Origin: Candidatus Limnocylindrales bacterium | Lineage (GTDB): Bacteria; Chloroflexota; Limnocylindria; Limnocylindrales; CSP1-4 | Assembly: GCA_036392215.1 (NCBI GenBank) | Contig: DASVYJ010000062.1 | Location: forward strand, 15,361 to 79,360 | Reading direction: 5' to 3' | DNA: 64,000 nucleotides | Part shown: positions 56,013-64,000 of the stretch, piece by piece | How positions within the stretch are numbered: position 1 is the stretch's first letter | Layout of the letters: every line of letters begins with the position of its first letter | Program-made: the position numbers and the translations under genes | The notes under the pieces: model-generated | The model's database searches: none | The model's input: the letters and a program-made list of their open reading frames with translations, nothing else | What the model was told of the DNA's origin: nothing

Positions 56013-57971
56013 GTGCTCTCGAGCCCCATCGCCAGCCAGTGGTTCCTCGGCCGCGCCGATCTCGACACGCTCGTCCAGGCGCTCCGCGCCGACGGGCGGC
56101 GGGTCATCGGGCCGACCGTCGCGGACGGTGCCATCGTCTATGACGAGATCGGCTCGGCGGCGGAGCTGCCGAGCGGCTGGACCGACACCCAGGCGCCGGG
56201 CCGCTACCGGGCGGCCGAGACCGGGGGCGACAGGGTCTTCGACCACACCGCCGGGCCGACGAGCTGGAAGCGCTTCACCTTCCCCCCGGTCCTGGAACTG
56301 ACCGTCTCCCACGGCGAGGACTTCGGCTTCGAGCAGCCGGCGCGCGAGATCCCACCGATGGCGTTCCTCGGCGTTCGAGCCTGCGAGCTCGCGGCCCTCG
56401 GACTCCAGGACCGCGTCTTCCTCGGCGGTCAGTTCACGGACGAGGACTACCGCGGCCGGCGGAACGCCGCGCTCGTCGTCGCCGTCCAGTGCAGCCGCGC
56501 CAACGCGACCTGCTTCTGCACCTCGATGGGGACGGGGCCGGAGGTCCGCGCGGGATACGACCTGCTCCTGACCGAGCTGGCCGAAGGCTTCGTCGTCGAG
56601 GCCGGCAGCCCCGCCGGGACCGCGATCCTGCAGCGCCTCCCGGCCCGCCGGGCGACCCACGCCGAGATGGGCGCGGCCGTCGACTCGGTCGAGGCCTGCC
56701 GGGCGAGCATGGGAGAGCCCCTGCCGATGGCCGGGATCCACGAGCGGCTCCTCGCCCAGCTCGACAACCCCCGCTGGGCGGAGGTCGCGGAACGGTGCCT
56801 GGACTGCGGCAACTGCACCCTCTCGTGCCCGACCTGCTTCTGCACGGCGACGGTGGAGCGCTCCGACCTCGACGGCCGGACGAGCACGAGCGAGCGCCTC
56901 TGGGACTCCTGCTTCGACGCCGGCTTCGCGCGCGTCGCCGGGGGCGACTTCCGCTCCCGCTCGCGCGACCGCTACCGGCAGTGGCTGACCCACAAGTTCG
57001 GGACGTGGATGGACCAGTTCAGCAGCCTCGGCTGCGTCGGCTGTGGCCGCTGCGTCACCTGGTGCCCCGTCGGCATCGACGTCCGCGAGGAGCTGATGGC
57101 GATCGCCCCGCCACTGGCCCCCACGGTCGAGCCTGAGCCGGTGCGCCCCGCGGCGGCCAGCCCCGGCGCCTACTCGGTCGCCCGCGTCTCGGCCGTCCGC
57201 CTCGAGACCTCGGACACGGCGACGCTCTCGCTGACCGACCTCGACCCGGCCTTCCTGGCCGGCCGGCCGGGCCAGTTCGCGATGGTCGCCCTGCCCGCCT
57301 TCCCGGCCGTGCCGATCTCCATCTCGCGGTATCGCCCGAACGGCATCGACCTGACGATCCGAGCTGCCGGGCCCACGACGACGGCGCTGGTGAACCTGAA
57401 GCGCGGTGCGAAGGTCGGCGTCCGCGGCCCGCTCGGGACGTGGTGGCCCATCGAGCAGGCATATGGGCGCCATGCCGTCGTCGTCGCCGGCGGGGTCGGC
57501 CTGCCGCCGCTGCGCGGCCTCGTGGACCAGCTCCTCGCCGAGCGCGAGCGCTTCTCGTCGGTCGCCCTCTTCTACGGCGCCCGGACCCCTGCGGACCAGG
57601 TCTTCGCCGACGAGCTGAAGGCGCTGGCCGCCCGCGACGACATCCAGGTCGCCCTGACCGTCGACCGCGCCGGACCCGACTGGAAGGGCCGGGTCGGCGT
57701 CGTGACCCAGCTCTTCGACCAGGTCAATTGCGACTGCGGCCGGATGACCGCCTTCGTCTGCGGACCCGAGCGGATGATGCAGGCCACCGTCCAGACCCTG
57801 ATCGGGCGGGGCGTGGCGCCCGAACGCATCTTCGTCTCCCTCGAGCGCCACATGGAGTGCGGCATCGGCCTGTGCGGCCACTGCCAGATGGGCCGCTTCT
57901 TCGTCTGCAAGGACGGCCCGGTCTTCCGGCTCACCCAGCTCGGCGACACCTTCAACCGCGAGGGCATCTGA
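56013..57971 (+). CDS. Fused HydB/AsrA-like (2x[4Fe-4S]) and HydG/AsrB-like (FAD/NAD(P)-binding, [2Fe-2S]) oxidoreductase
   Basis: CLDCGNCTLSCPTCFC and CVGCGRCVTWCPVG ferredoxin motifs. These are followed by a ferredoxin-reductase-type domain (GQFAMV...PISISR...VVVAGGVGLPPL) and a C-terminal CGIGLCGHCQ...FVCKDGP. It is a single 652-aa ORF. Confidence 0.8.
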   Translation: MLSSPIASQWFLGRADLDTLVQALRADGRRVIGPTVADGAIVYDEIGSAAELPSGWTDTQAPGRYRAAETGGDRVFDHTAGPTSWKRFTFPPVLELTVSHGEDFGFEQPAREIPPMAFLGVRACELAALGLQDRVFLGGQFTDEDYRGRRNAALVVAVQCSRANATCFCTSMGTGPEVRAGYDLLLTELAEGFVVEAGSPAGTAILQRLPARRATHAEMGAAVDSVEACRASMGEPLPMAGIHERLLAQLDNPRWAEVAERCLDCGNCTLSCPTCFCTATVERSDLDGRTSTSERLWDSCFDAGFARVAGGDFRSRSRDRYRQWLTHKFGTWMDQFSSLGCVGCGRCVTWCPVGIDVREELMAIAPPLAPTVEPEPVRPAAASPGAYSVARVSAVRLETSDTATLSLTDLDPAFLAGRPGQFAMVALPAFPAVPISISRYRPNGIDLTIRAAGPTTTALVNLKRGAKVGVRGPLGTWWPIEQAYGRHAVVVAGGVGLPPLRGLVDQLLAERERFSSVALFYGARTPADQVFADELKALAARDDIQVALTVDRAGPDWKGRVGVVTQLFDQVNCDCGRMTAFVCGPERMMQATVQTLIGRGVAPERIFVSLERHMECGIGLCGHCQMGRFFVCKDGPVFRLTQLGDTFNREGI

Positions 57972-57973
57972 CG

Positions 57974-58831
57974 ATGGCAGCCAGCGCAACGCACACGCGG
58001 CCGCGGGTCGCCGTCGCCAAGTTCGCCTCCTGCGACGGCTGCCAGCTGACGCTCCTGGACCTCGAGGACGCGCTGCTGGACATCGCCGAGCGGTTCGAGG
58101 TCGCGGACTTCCCGGAGGCGACCTCGCGGCGCTCGCCGGGCCCCTACGACGTCGTCTTCGTCGAGGGCGCGATCAGCACGGCGGAGCAGGCCGACCAGAT
58201 CCAGGAGCTCCGGCGCCAGGCGCGCTTCCTGGTGACGATCGGCGCCTGCGCGACGGCCGGCGGGATCCAGGCGCTTCGCAACTGGGCCGACCACGACGCC
58301 GTCCGAGCGGCGGTCTACCAGCACCCCGAGTACGTCGAGTCGCTGGCCAAGGCGACGCCGGTCGGCGAGCACGTCCATGTCGACGCGGAGCTGCGGGGCT
58401 GCCCCATCGACCCCGGCCAGCTGCTCGAGCTCCTCACCGCGGTCCTCATCGGTCGGCGGCCCCAGATCAGGGACGAGGCGGTCTGCCGCGAGTGCAAACG
58501 CAAGGGCCTCGTCTGCGTCGAGGTCGCCCAGGGGATGGCCTGCCTCGGGCCCGTCACGCAGTCCGGCTGCGGCGCGCTGTGCCCGACCTACGGCCGCGGC
58601 TGCTACGGCTGCTTCGGACCGCGGAACCCCAGCAACGCCAGGGGCTGGAGCCGCGCGCTCCTCGCCCAGGGCCGGGCGCCGGAGGAGGTCTGGCGGCTCT
58701 TCGCGGGCTTCACCGCCTACGCCGAGCCGTTCCGGGGCGTCCTGACCGAGCTCGGCGCCGCCCGCGAGCGCGCGGACCGCGAGGCGGTCCCGCCGGCTGG
58801 CGAGCAGCCGCTCAGTACAGCCAGGGGATGA
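57974..58831 (+). CDS. [NiFe]-hydrogenase small-subunit-like protein (group 3 delta / NuoB-fold)
   Basis: FASCDGCQL, VEGAIST, GACATAGGIQ, and a distal Cys cluster region CRECKRKGLVCV...GPVTQSGCGALCP...CYGCFGP. The ATG at 57974 lies 3 nt after the previous stop. Confidence 0.8.
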   Translation: MAASATHTRPRVAVAKFASCDGCQLTLLDLEDALLDIAERFEVADFPEATSRRSPGPYDVVFVEGAISTAEQADQIQELRRQARFLVTIGACATAGGIQALRNWADHDAVRAAVYQHPEYVESLAKATPVGEHVHVDAELRGCPIDPGQLLELLTAVLIGRRPQIRDEAVCRECKRKGLVCVEVAQGMACLGPVTQSGCGALCPTYGRGCYGCFGPRNPSNARGWSRALLAQGRAPEEVWRLFAGFTAYAEPFRGVLTELGAARERADREAVPPAGEQPLSTARG

Positions 58832-59348
58832 GCCGGCGCGTCCGCCGCCGGTACGCCGCGTAGCCGGCGTAGGCCTCGACGAGCCAGGCCTCCTCGCGGC
58901 GCGCCTTCAGGTCGAAGAAGCCGAGGAGGGCGGCGCTGAGGAGGAGGGCCGCCGGGCTCGCCCCCAGCGACGACCATCCGAGGCCGCCGAGGACGAGCCC
59001 ACCGTAGATCGGGTGGCGGACGAGGCGGTAGGCGCCACCGGTCACCAGCTCGCCGTCGGGCCGCGGCGCCGGGAACGCGGTGAGCGAGCGGCCGAGGCCG
59101 ACCAGCCCGGCGAGGCCGAGGGCGCCACCGGCTGCCAGCAGCAGGACCCCGACGGCCGCGGCGGCGAGGCGCGCCGGACCCGACACGGCCGGACCCGCCA
59201 GGATCGAGAGGCCGATCCCGGCCAGCAGGACCGCCTGGATCGCGACCCAGCCCTCGCCGCGCGGCCCCAGTGCCGGCAGCCGTTCGCCGAGCCCGCCCTT
59301 CCCCTCGTCGCGGCCCGGCTCGCCCGCGCCCGTTCCGATCCGTCCCAT
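58812..59348 (-). CDS. Isoprenylcysteine carboxyl methyltransferase (ICMT/PEMT-like) family membrane protein
   Basis: LVTGGAYRLVRHPIYGG...EEAWL...YAAYRRRT motifs. It overlaps the 3' end of the convergent small-subunit gene by 20 nt. Confidence 0.75.
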   Translation of the reverse strand: MGRIGTGAGEPGRDEGKGGLGERLPALGPRGEGWVAIQAVLLAGIGLSILAGPAVSGPARLAAAAVGVLLLAAGGALGLAGLVGLGRSLTAFPAPRPDGELVTGGAYRLVRHPIYGGLVLGGLGWSSLGASPAALLLSAALLGFFDLKARREEAWLVEAYAGYAAYRRRTRRLIPWLY

Positions 59349-59398
59349 AGCCGAACGATACGTCGCCCGCTGTCGGTGGCGGGCAGGCGGCGCGAGAA

Positions 59399-61441
59399 AT
59401 GGTTACCGTAGGACAAATGAATGAGGCGCCCCCACCCGACTCCTCCGGCGGGCCGGCCCCGGCCCGCCCCGATCCACTCATCCGCCTGCCGTCGCCGCCC
59501 GCGACCGCTGCGCGGCGGCGCCCGGAGCCGGACATGCCGGAGGACCTGCCGGGCCCGGGCGGCCAGACGCCGACCGAGCGTGGGCTGGGTGACTTCACGA
59601 TGGGCGTCGACGCGCTCCGGCTCATCCCCCTGGCCCTCGCCGTCGGGCTCATCGCCTCGGGCATCGCGTTGGTCCTGCTCGACATGATCGGGCTCGTCAC
59701 GAACCTCTGCTACTACGGCCGCCTCGACCTGCGGCTCACCTCGCCGGCGGCCAACCACCTCGGGCCGCTCTCGGCCGTCATCCCGGTCGTCGGCGGCCTG
59801 ATCGTCGGGCTGATGGCCCGCTACGGCTCGGAGCGGATCAGGGGCCACGGCATCCCCGAGGCGATGGAGACGATCCTGGTGGGCGGCAGCAGGGTCGAGC
59901 CGCGGCTCGCCATCCTCAAGCCGATCTCGAGCGCGATCAGCATCGGCACCGGCGGTCCGTTCGGCGCCGAGGGCCCGATCATCCTGACCGGCGGTGCCTT
60001 CGGCTCGCTCGTCGGCCAGTTCGTCCACCTCTCGGCCGCAGAGCGGAAGACGCTGCTCGTGGCTGGGGCAGCTGCGGGGATGACCGCCGTCTTCGCGACC
60101 CCGATCGCCTCGACCCTGCTGGCAGTGGAGCTGCTGCTCTTCGAGTGGAAGCCGCGCTCGCTCGTCCCGGTGGCCGCGGCGAGCGCCCTGGCCGCCGCGG
60201 TCCGGATCGCCTTCGCCGACGCCGGGCTGCTCGCGCAGGCGCCGCTCTTCCCGGTCCCGCCCCACCCGATCCTCGGTCCGGCTGGGCTCGCCGGCGCGCT
60301 CGCCCTGGGCCTTGTCTGCGGCCTCGTCGCCTGGCTCCTGACGGTCGCCGTGTACGGTGCCGAGGACGGCTTCAAGTCCGTCTTCCACCGCCTCGGCGTG
60401 CACTGGATGTGGTGGCCCGCCATCGGCGGGCTCATCGTCGGCCTGGGCGGCCTCGTCGACCCCCGGTCGCTCGGGGTCGGCTACGACTCGATCCGGGCCG
60501 AACTGGCCGGGCAGCTGCTGCCGGCGGCCCTCCTCACCCTGTTCGTCGTCAAGCTCGCCGTCTGGGCCCTGGCCCTCGGGTCCGGCACGAGCGGCGGCAT
60601 CCTCGCCCCGCTCCTGCTGATGGGGGGCGCCGTCGGCGGGCTGCTCGCGCCGGTCCTGCCCGGCGGCTCGATCGCCATCTGGGGCCTGGTCGGGATGGCG
60701 GGCGCCCTCGCCGGCGTGACCCGCTCCCCGTTCACCGGCGTCATCTTCGCCTTCGAGCTGACCCACGACCAGAACGCCCTGCTGCCGCTGCTCATCGCCT
60801 GCGTCGCGGCCGACGCCATCAGCGTCCTCGCCCTGCGCCGCTCGATCCTGACCGAGAAGGTCGCCCGGCGCGGCTTCCACGTCATGCGCGAGTACCAGGT
60901 CGACCCGCTCGAGGCCCTCTTCGTCCGGGACGTCATGGCGACGAGCGTGCTGACCTTCCGGGCCGACCAGCCGGCGGCCGAGGTCCAGGCGCTCTTCCGG
61001 TCGCCGGCCTCGCCCCGGGGGCAGCGCCTGTATCCGGTCCTCGACGGGACGGGCGGGCTGGTCGGGGTGGTCGGCCGGACGGAGCTGCTCCGGGCGCTCG
61101 GCGAGCCCGATTCGGCGCCGCCGAGCGTCGCGGACCTGATGCTGACGCGGATGACGGTCGCCTATCCCGACGAGACCCTGCGGTCGGTCGCCGACCGGAT
61201 GGCCGCCGAGCGGGTCGGGATGATGCCGGTGGTCGAGCGCACGGACCCAGGGCGGCTGCGCGGCCTCGTCAGCCAGTTCGACCTGCTGCGGGCGCGGGCG
61301 CGGCTGCTCGAGGAGGAGCGCCATCGCGAGCGCGTCCTTCGGGTCCGGCTCGCACCGGTCCTGCGGTTCGGACGACGAGCGGAGCCCGTGTCGCCGAGCG
61401 TCGACCCCGGACCGGACGACGAGGCGGCCGCGGGCGCCTGA
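59399..61441 (+). CDS. ClC-family chloride channel/antiporter with C-terminal CBS domains
   Basis: GSERIRGHGIPE, GTGGPFGAEGPII, GSGTSGGILAPLL, and two CBS-like repeats (VRDVMATSV...; VADLMLTRMTV...MPVVER). An alternative start lies at ATG 59417. Confidence 0.9.
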   Translation: MVTVGQMNEAPPPDSSGGPAPARPDPLIRLPSPPATAARRRPEPDMPEDLPGPGGQTPTERGLGDFTMGVDALRLIPLALAVGLIASGIALVLLDMIGLVTNLCYYGRLDLRLTSPAANHLGPLSAVIPVVGGLIVGLMARYGSERIRGHGIPEAMETILVGGSRVEPRLAILKPISSAISIGTGGPFGAEGPIILTGGAFGSLVGQFVHLSAAERKTLLVAGAAAGMTAVFATPIASTLLAVELLLFEWKPRSLVPVAAASALAAAVRIAFADAGLLAQAPLFPVPPHPILGPAGLAGALALGLVCGLVAWLLTVAVYGAEDGFKSVFHRLGVHWMWWPAIGGLIVGLGGLVDPRSLGVGYDSIRAELAGQLLPAALLTLFVVKLAVWALALGSGTSGGILAPLLLMGGAVGGLLAPVLPGGSIAIWGLVGMAGALAGVTRSPFTGVIFAFELTHDQNALLPLLIACVAADAISVLALRRSILTEKVARRGFHVMREYQVDPLEALFVRDVMATSVLTFRADQPAAEVQALFRSPASPRGQRLYPVLDGTGGLVGVVGRTELLRALGEPDSAPPSVADLMLTRMTVAYPDETLRSVADRMAAERVGMMPVVERTDPGRLRGLVSQFDLLRARARLLEEERHRERVLRVRLAPVLRFGRRAEPVSPSVDPGPDDEAAAGA

Positions 61442-61496
61442 ACCGCGCGCTGTCCCCCGCTCGCCGTGGAGGGCGCGGACGCGCCACAATCGCGCC

Positions 61497-62537
61497 ATGC
61501 CCGACCAGCCCGCCCCCCTGCCCGCTGACCAGTCCGCTCCCCTGACGGCTCCCAGCCCCGACACCCCGTCCGCCGAGCCCGTCGACCCGGCCGGCCGACC
61601 GCCCACCCGGGTGGCCGTCGTCGGCGTCGGCTTCGTCGGCTCGACCTTCGCCTACGCCCTGCTCCTGTCCGGCCTCGCCTCGGAGATCGTCCTCGTCGAC
61701 CTGAACCGCAAGCGGGCCGAGGGCGAGGCCATGGACCTCAACCACACCGTCCCGTTCGCCCACCCCACCCACGTCTGGGCCGGCGACTACGCCGACTGCA
61801 CGGGCGCGACGGTCACGGTGATCGCCGCCGGGGCGAACCAGAAGCCGGGCGAGACCCGGCTCGAGCTCGTCCGCCGCAACGCCGCCATCTTCCGCGACAT
61901 CGTGCCGCGGGTGGCCGAGGCGAACCCCGACGGCATCATCCTCGTGGCCACGAACCCCGTCGACGTCCTGACCTACCTGACCCACAGGCTGTCCGGCCTG
62001 CCCCGCCAGCGCGTCTTCGGCTCCGGGACGATCCTCGACACCGCCCGCTTCCGCTACCTGCTCAGCGAGCACCTGGGGGTGGACCCGCGCAGCGTCCACG
62101 CCTACATCATCGGCGAGCACGGTGACTCCGAGGTGCCGGTCTGGTCGCTGGCCAACGTCGCCGGGATGCGCCTGCCGACGTTCTGCGCCGAGAACGGCAT
62201 CGCCTTCGACCGGGAGGAGATGGAGGCGATCTTCCGGCGGACGCGCGACGCCGCCTACGAGATCATCGAGCGCAAGGGCGCCACGTACTACGCGGTGGCC
62301 GCGGGCCTGATGCGGATCGTCGAGGCGATCCTGCGCGACCAGCGGACCGTGCTCTCGATCTCGAGCCCGGTCGAGGACTACTACGGCATCGACGACGTCT
62401 GCCTGAGCCTCCCGGCGGTCGTCGACCGCGGCGGCGTCGAGCGCGTCCTGCGGCTGGAGCTCAGCCCGGCCGAGGCGTCCGGAGTCCGCCGCTCGGCGGA
62501 CGTGCTCAGGGCGACGCTCGGCGAGCTGGGGGTCTGA
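61497..62537 (+). CDS. ldh: L-lactate dehydrogenase
   Basis: VAVVGVGFVGST, VIAAGANQKPGETRLEL, VATNPVD, GSGTILDTARFR, IIGEHGDSEVPVWS. It has a Pro-rich 37-aa N-terminal extension, and the alternative GTG at 61611 would remove it. Confidence 0.9.
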   Translation: MPDQPAPLPADQSAPLTAPSPDTPSAEPVDPAGRPPTRVAVVGVGFVGSTFAYALLLSGLASEIVLVDLNRKRAEGEAMDLNHTVPFAHPTHVWAGDYADCTGATVTVIAAGANQKPGETRLELVRRNAAIFRDIVPRVAEANPDGIILVATNPVDVLTYLTHRLSGLPRQRVFGSGTILDTARFRYLLSEHLGVDPRSVHAYIIGEHGDSEVPVWSLANVAGMRLPTFCAENGIAFDREEMEAIFRRTRDAAYEIIERKGATYYAVAAGLMRIVEAILRDQRTVLSISSPVEDYYGIDDVCLSLPAVVDRGGVERVLRLELSPAEASGVRRSADVLRATLGELGV

Positions 62538-62562
62538 GCCGGTCCGGCCCCTGGCGACCAGG

Positions 62563-62928
62563 CTAGGTGGTCGGCAGCGGCCGCTCCTGGAGCGGGACGT
62601 CCCAGTGCGCGTCGAGGAGCTCGAAGCGGCGCTGCTCCTCGGCCCGGAAGCGCTCCTGGTCCGGGTAGAGCCGCTCCGCGAGCTCCTGTTCGGTGTGGGC
62701 CTCCATCGCCGCCCAGTCGCGGTAGGTGATGGTGACCATGACGTTCCAGTCCCCTCGGCCGTCGCCGTGGAAGCGGGGGACGAAGCAGCGCACGGCGGTG
62801 AAGCGGCCGGCCTCCAGCTGCGCCCGCAGGAGCGGCCAGTGGTTGCGCTCGAACAGCGCCAGCCACTCGTCCACGTGCCCCCACCGGACGCGGTAGAAGT
62901 AGGCGACCTCGACGGGCTGGGCGGCCAT
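62563..62928 (-). CDS. Small dimeric alpha/beta-barrel (NIPSNAP/EthD-like) protein
   Basis: Non-biased 121 aa (VAYFYRVRWGHVDEWLALFERNHWPLL...). AGGAGG lies upstream of the ATG at 62926-62928. The family assignment is tentative. Confidence 0.45.
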   Translation of the reverse strand: MAAQPVEVAYFYRVRWGHVDEWLALFERNHWPLLRAQLEAGRFTAVRCFVPRFHGDGRGDWNVMVTITYRDWAAMEAHTEQELAERLYPDQERFRAEEQRRFELLDAHWDVPLQERPLPTT

Positions 62929-63097
62929 GGCGTGCCTCCTGCTCACGGGGGACGGCGACGGACAGGACCAGCGTAGCGGCCTGACCCTCGACCTGTCGGC
63001 GGGGGTCCGCACCGGGGGCGGGCGTGCCCGGACGCCGGCGGGGAGGATCGGCGGACGCGGGCTGCCATCGGCTACCGTATGGGCGAAGGAGGGGGGC

Positions 63098-63889
63098 ATG
63101 ACCGGCAGGGGGCGCGTCCGGCGGGCCGTCACGCTCGTCGCGCTGGCGATGGCGCCGCTCCTCGTCGGGCTGGCCGCCGCGCCCGGCGGGACGGTCTCCG
63201 CCGAGGCCCCGCCGGGCGCCGGCATCCCCGCCGTCCTCGGCTCATGCCCGGCGGCCGGCCACGCGGTCGCCCTCACCTTCGACGACGGCTGGGACGAGAC
63301 CACGACGCGCCGGCTCGTGGAGCGGCTCCTGGCCCTCCGCGCCCCGGCGACGTTCTTCCCGCAGGGGAGCGCCGTCCGGCGCTGGCCGGCGCTGTGGCGC
63401 TGGATCGCAGCCAGCGGCTTCCCCCTCGCGGACCACACCGAGGACCATCCGGACCTGACCCGCCTGCCGGCGGCGGAGGCAGGGGCCGAGGTGGCAGCCG
63501 GCCTGGCCGCCGTGGCCTCGGTCGCAGCGACCGGTCGCCCGCCGCTGGCCGTGCTCCGGCCGCCCTATGGTGCCCTCGATCCCGCGGTGCTCCGGGCGGC
63601 GGCCGACGCGGGCATCCGGCTCGTCGTCCTGTGGGACGTCTACGGCGGCGACTCGGAGGGCTGGCCCGCGTCCAAGGTGGCCGCCGCGGCGGAGGCCGGT
63701 GGCGACGGCTCGATCATCGTCCTCCACGCGGGCCCGCCGGCCACCGTGGCCGCCATCGACGGGATCGTGGCCGACTACCGGGCCCGGGGCTTCGAACTCG
63801 TGACCCTGCCGGACCTCCTCGCCCGAGCCGGCGGCGCAGCGCGCTGCGTGCTGCTCGACGCGCCCGCCGTGGCCCGCCCGACGTCCTGA
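63098..63889 (+). CDS. Secreted polysaccharide deacetylase (NodB homology, CE4)
   Basis: A signal peptide is followed by ALTFDDGW, ATFFPQG, ADHTEDHPDL, LRPPYG and IIVLHA motifs. GAAGGAGG lies upstream of the ATG at 63098. Confidence 0.8.
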   Translation: MTGRGRVRRAVTLVALAMAPLLVGLAAAPGGTVSAEAPPGAGIPAVLGSCPAAGHAVALTFDDGWDETTTRRLVERLLALRAPATFFPQGSAVRRWPALWRWIAASGFPLADHTEDHPDLTRLPAAEAGAEVAAGLAAVASVAATGRPPLAVLRPPYGALDPAVLRAAADAGIRLVVLWDVYGGDSEGWPASKVAAAAEAGGDGSIIVLHAGPPATVAAIDGIVADYRARGFELVTLPDLLARAGGAARCVLLDAPAVARPTS

Positions 63890-64000
63890 GGCCGACCAGG
63901 CTCGGCCGGCACCGGCGCGGGCGCAAGGTCACCGCAAGCGAACGGCCGGGCAGGGCGGCACGGGCGCGACGGCGTTGGGTCGAGACTGGGTCCATCGCGA

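Noticed and set aside
59349-59416. Possible fluoride riboswitch upstream of the ClC gene
   Set aside because: The short, slightly AT-richer leader does not contain the conserved crcB-motif elements. The channel also has CBS domains typical of canonical ClC proteins rather than the ClC-F type.
59042-61606. 854-aa minus-strand ORF opposite the ClC channel gene. Similar cases are 39831-41837 minus, 55635-57989 minus and 47876-49993 plus.
   Set aside because: These are shadow frames with Arg/Asp/Gly/Pro-rich junk sequence. The opposite strand encodes clear ClC, GreA/LLM, hydrogenase-like and kinase proteins.

Overview
This is a very GC-rich bacterial chromosomal segment with strong third-codon-position G/C bias. 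About 60 protein genes are densely packed on both strands. I found no rRNA, tRNA or CRISPR array by eye. Gene content suggests a high-GC aerobe of the Actinobacteria or Chloroflexi type: Ni-superoxide dismutase with its maturation protease, three F420/LLM-type oxidoreductases, a DUF4232 lipoprotein, and promoters that appear to drive leaderless transcripts. Recognisable modules are: two DUF885 paralogs; a fused homocysteine-methyltransferase/MTHFR; sodN-sodX; an aldolase-HAD-dhaL-dhaK operon; MarR plus a DHA2-type MFS pump; a TetR-controlled fadN-fadA-fadE-fadD beta-oxidation operon with a perfect palindromic operator; tatA; a predicted PPi-dependent phosphofructokinase; one intact IS5-family transposase in a lower-GC pocket; a giant soluble 5xGAF-3xPAS histidine kinase with two response regulators; a cupredoxin lipoprotein; a ClC channel; and L-lactate dehydrogenase. 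The items most worth follow-up are listed here. (1) A group-3b-hydrogenase-like operon (cNMP sensor, fused HydB/HydG-like diaphorase, small-subunit-like protein) that ends without any catalytic large subunit. (2) A GreA elongation factor carrying a ~280-aa N-terminal extension. (3) A GNAT acetyltransferase fused to a Rieske [2Fe-2S] domain. (4) A ~610-bp non-coding gap between two convergent genes that holds 51-bp-phased CGTCAG motifs and a 12-bp-stem hairpin. Most of the very long ORFs in the six-frame track are Arg/Pro/Gly/Ala-rich shadow frames of real genes and were discarded. All functional calls rest on motif and family recognition by eye, because no searches could be run. Many start codons are best guesses.
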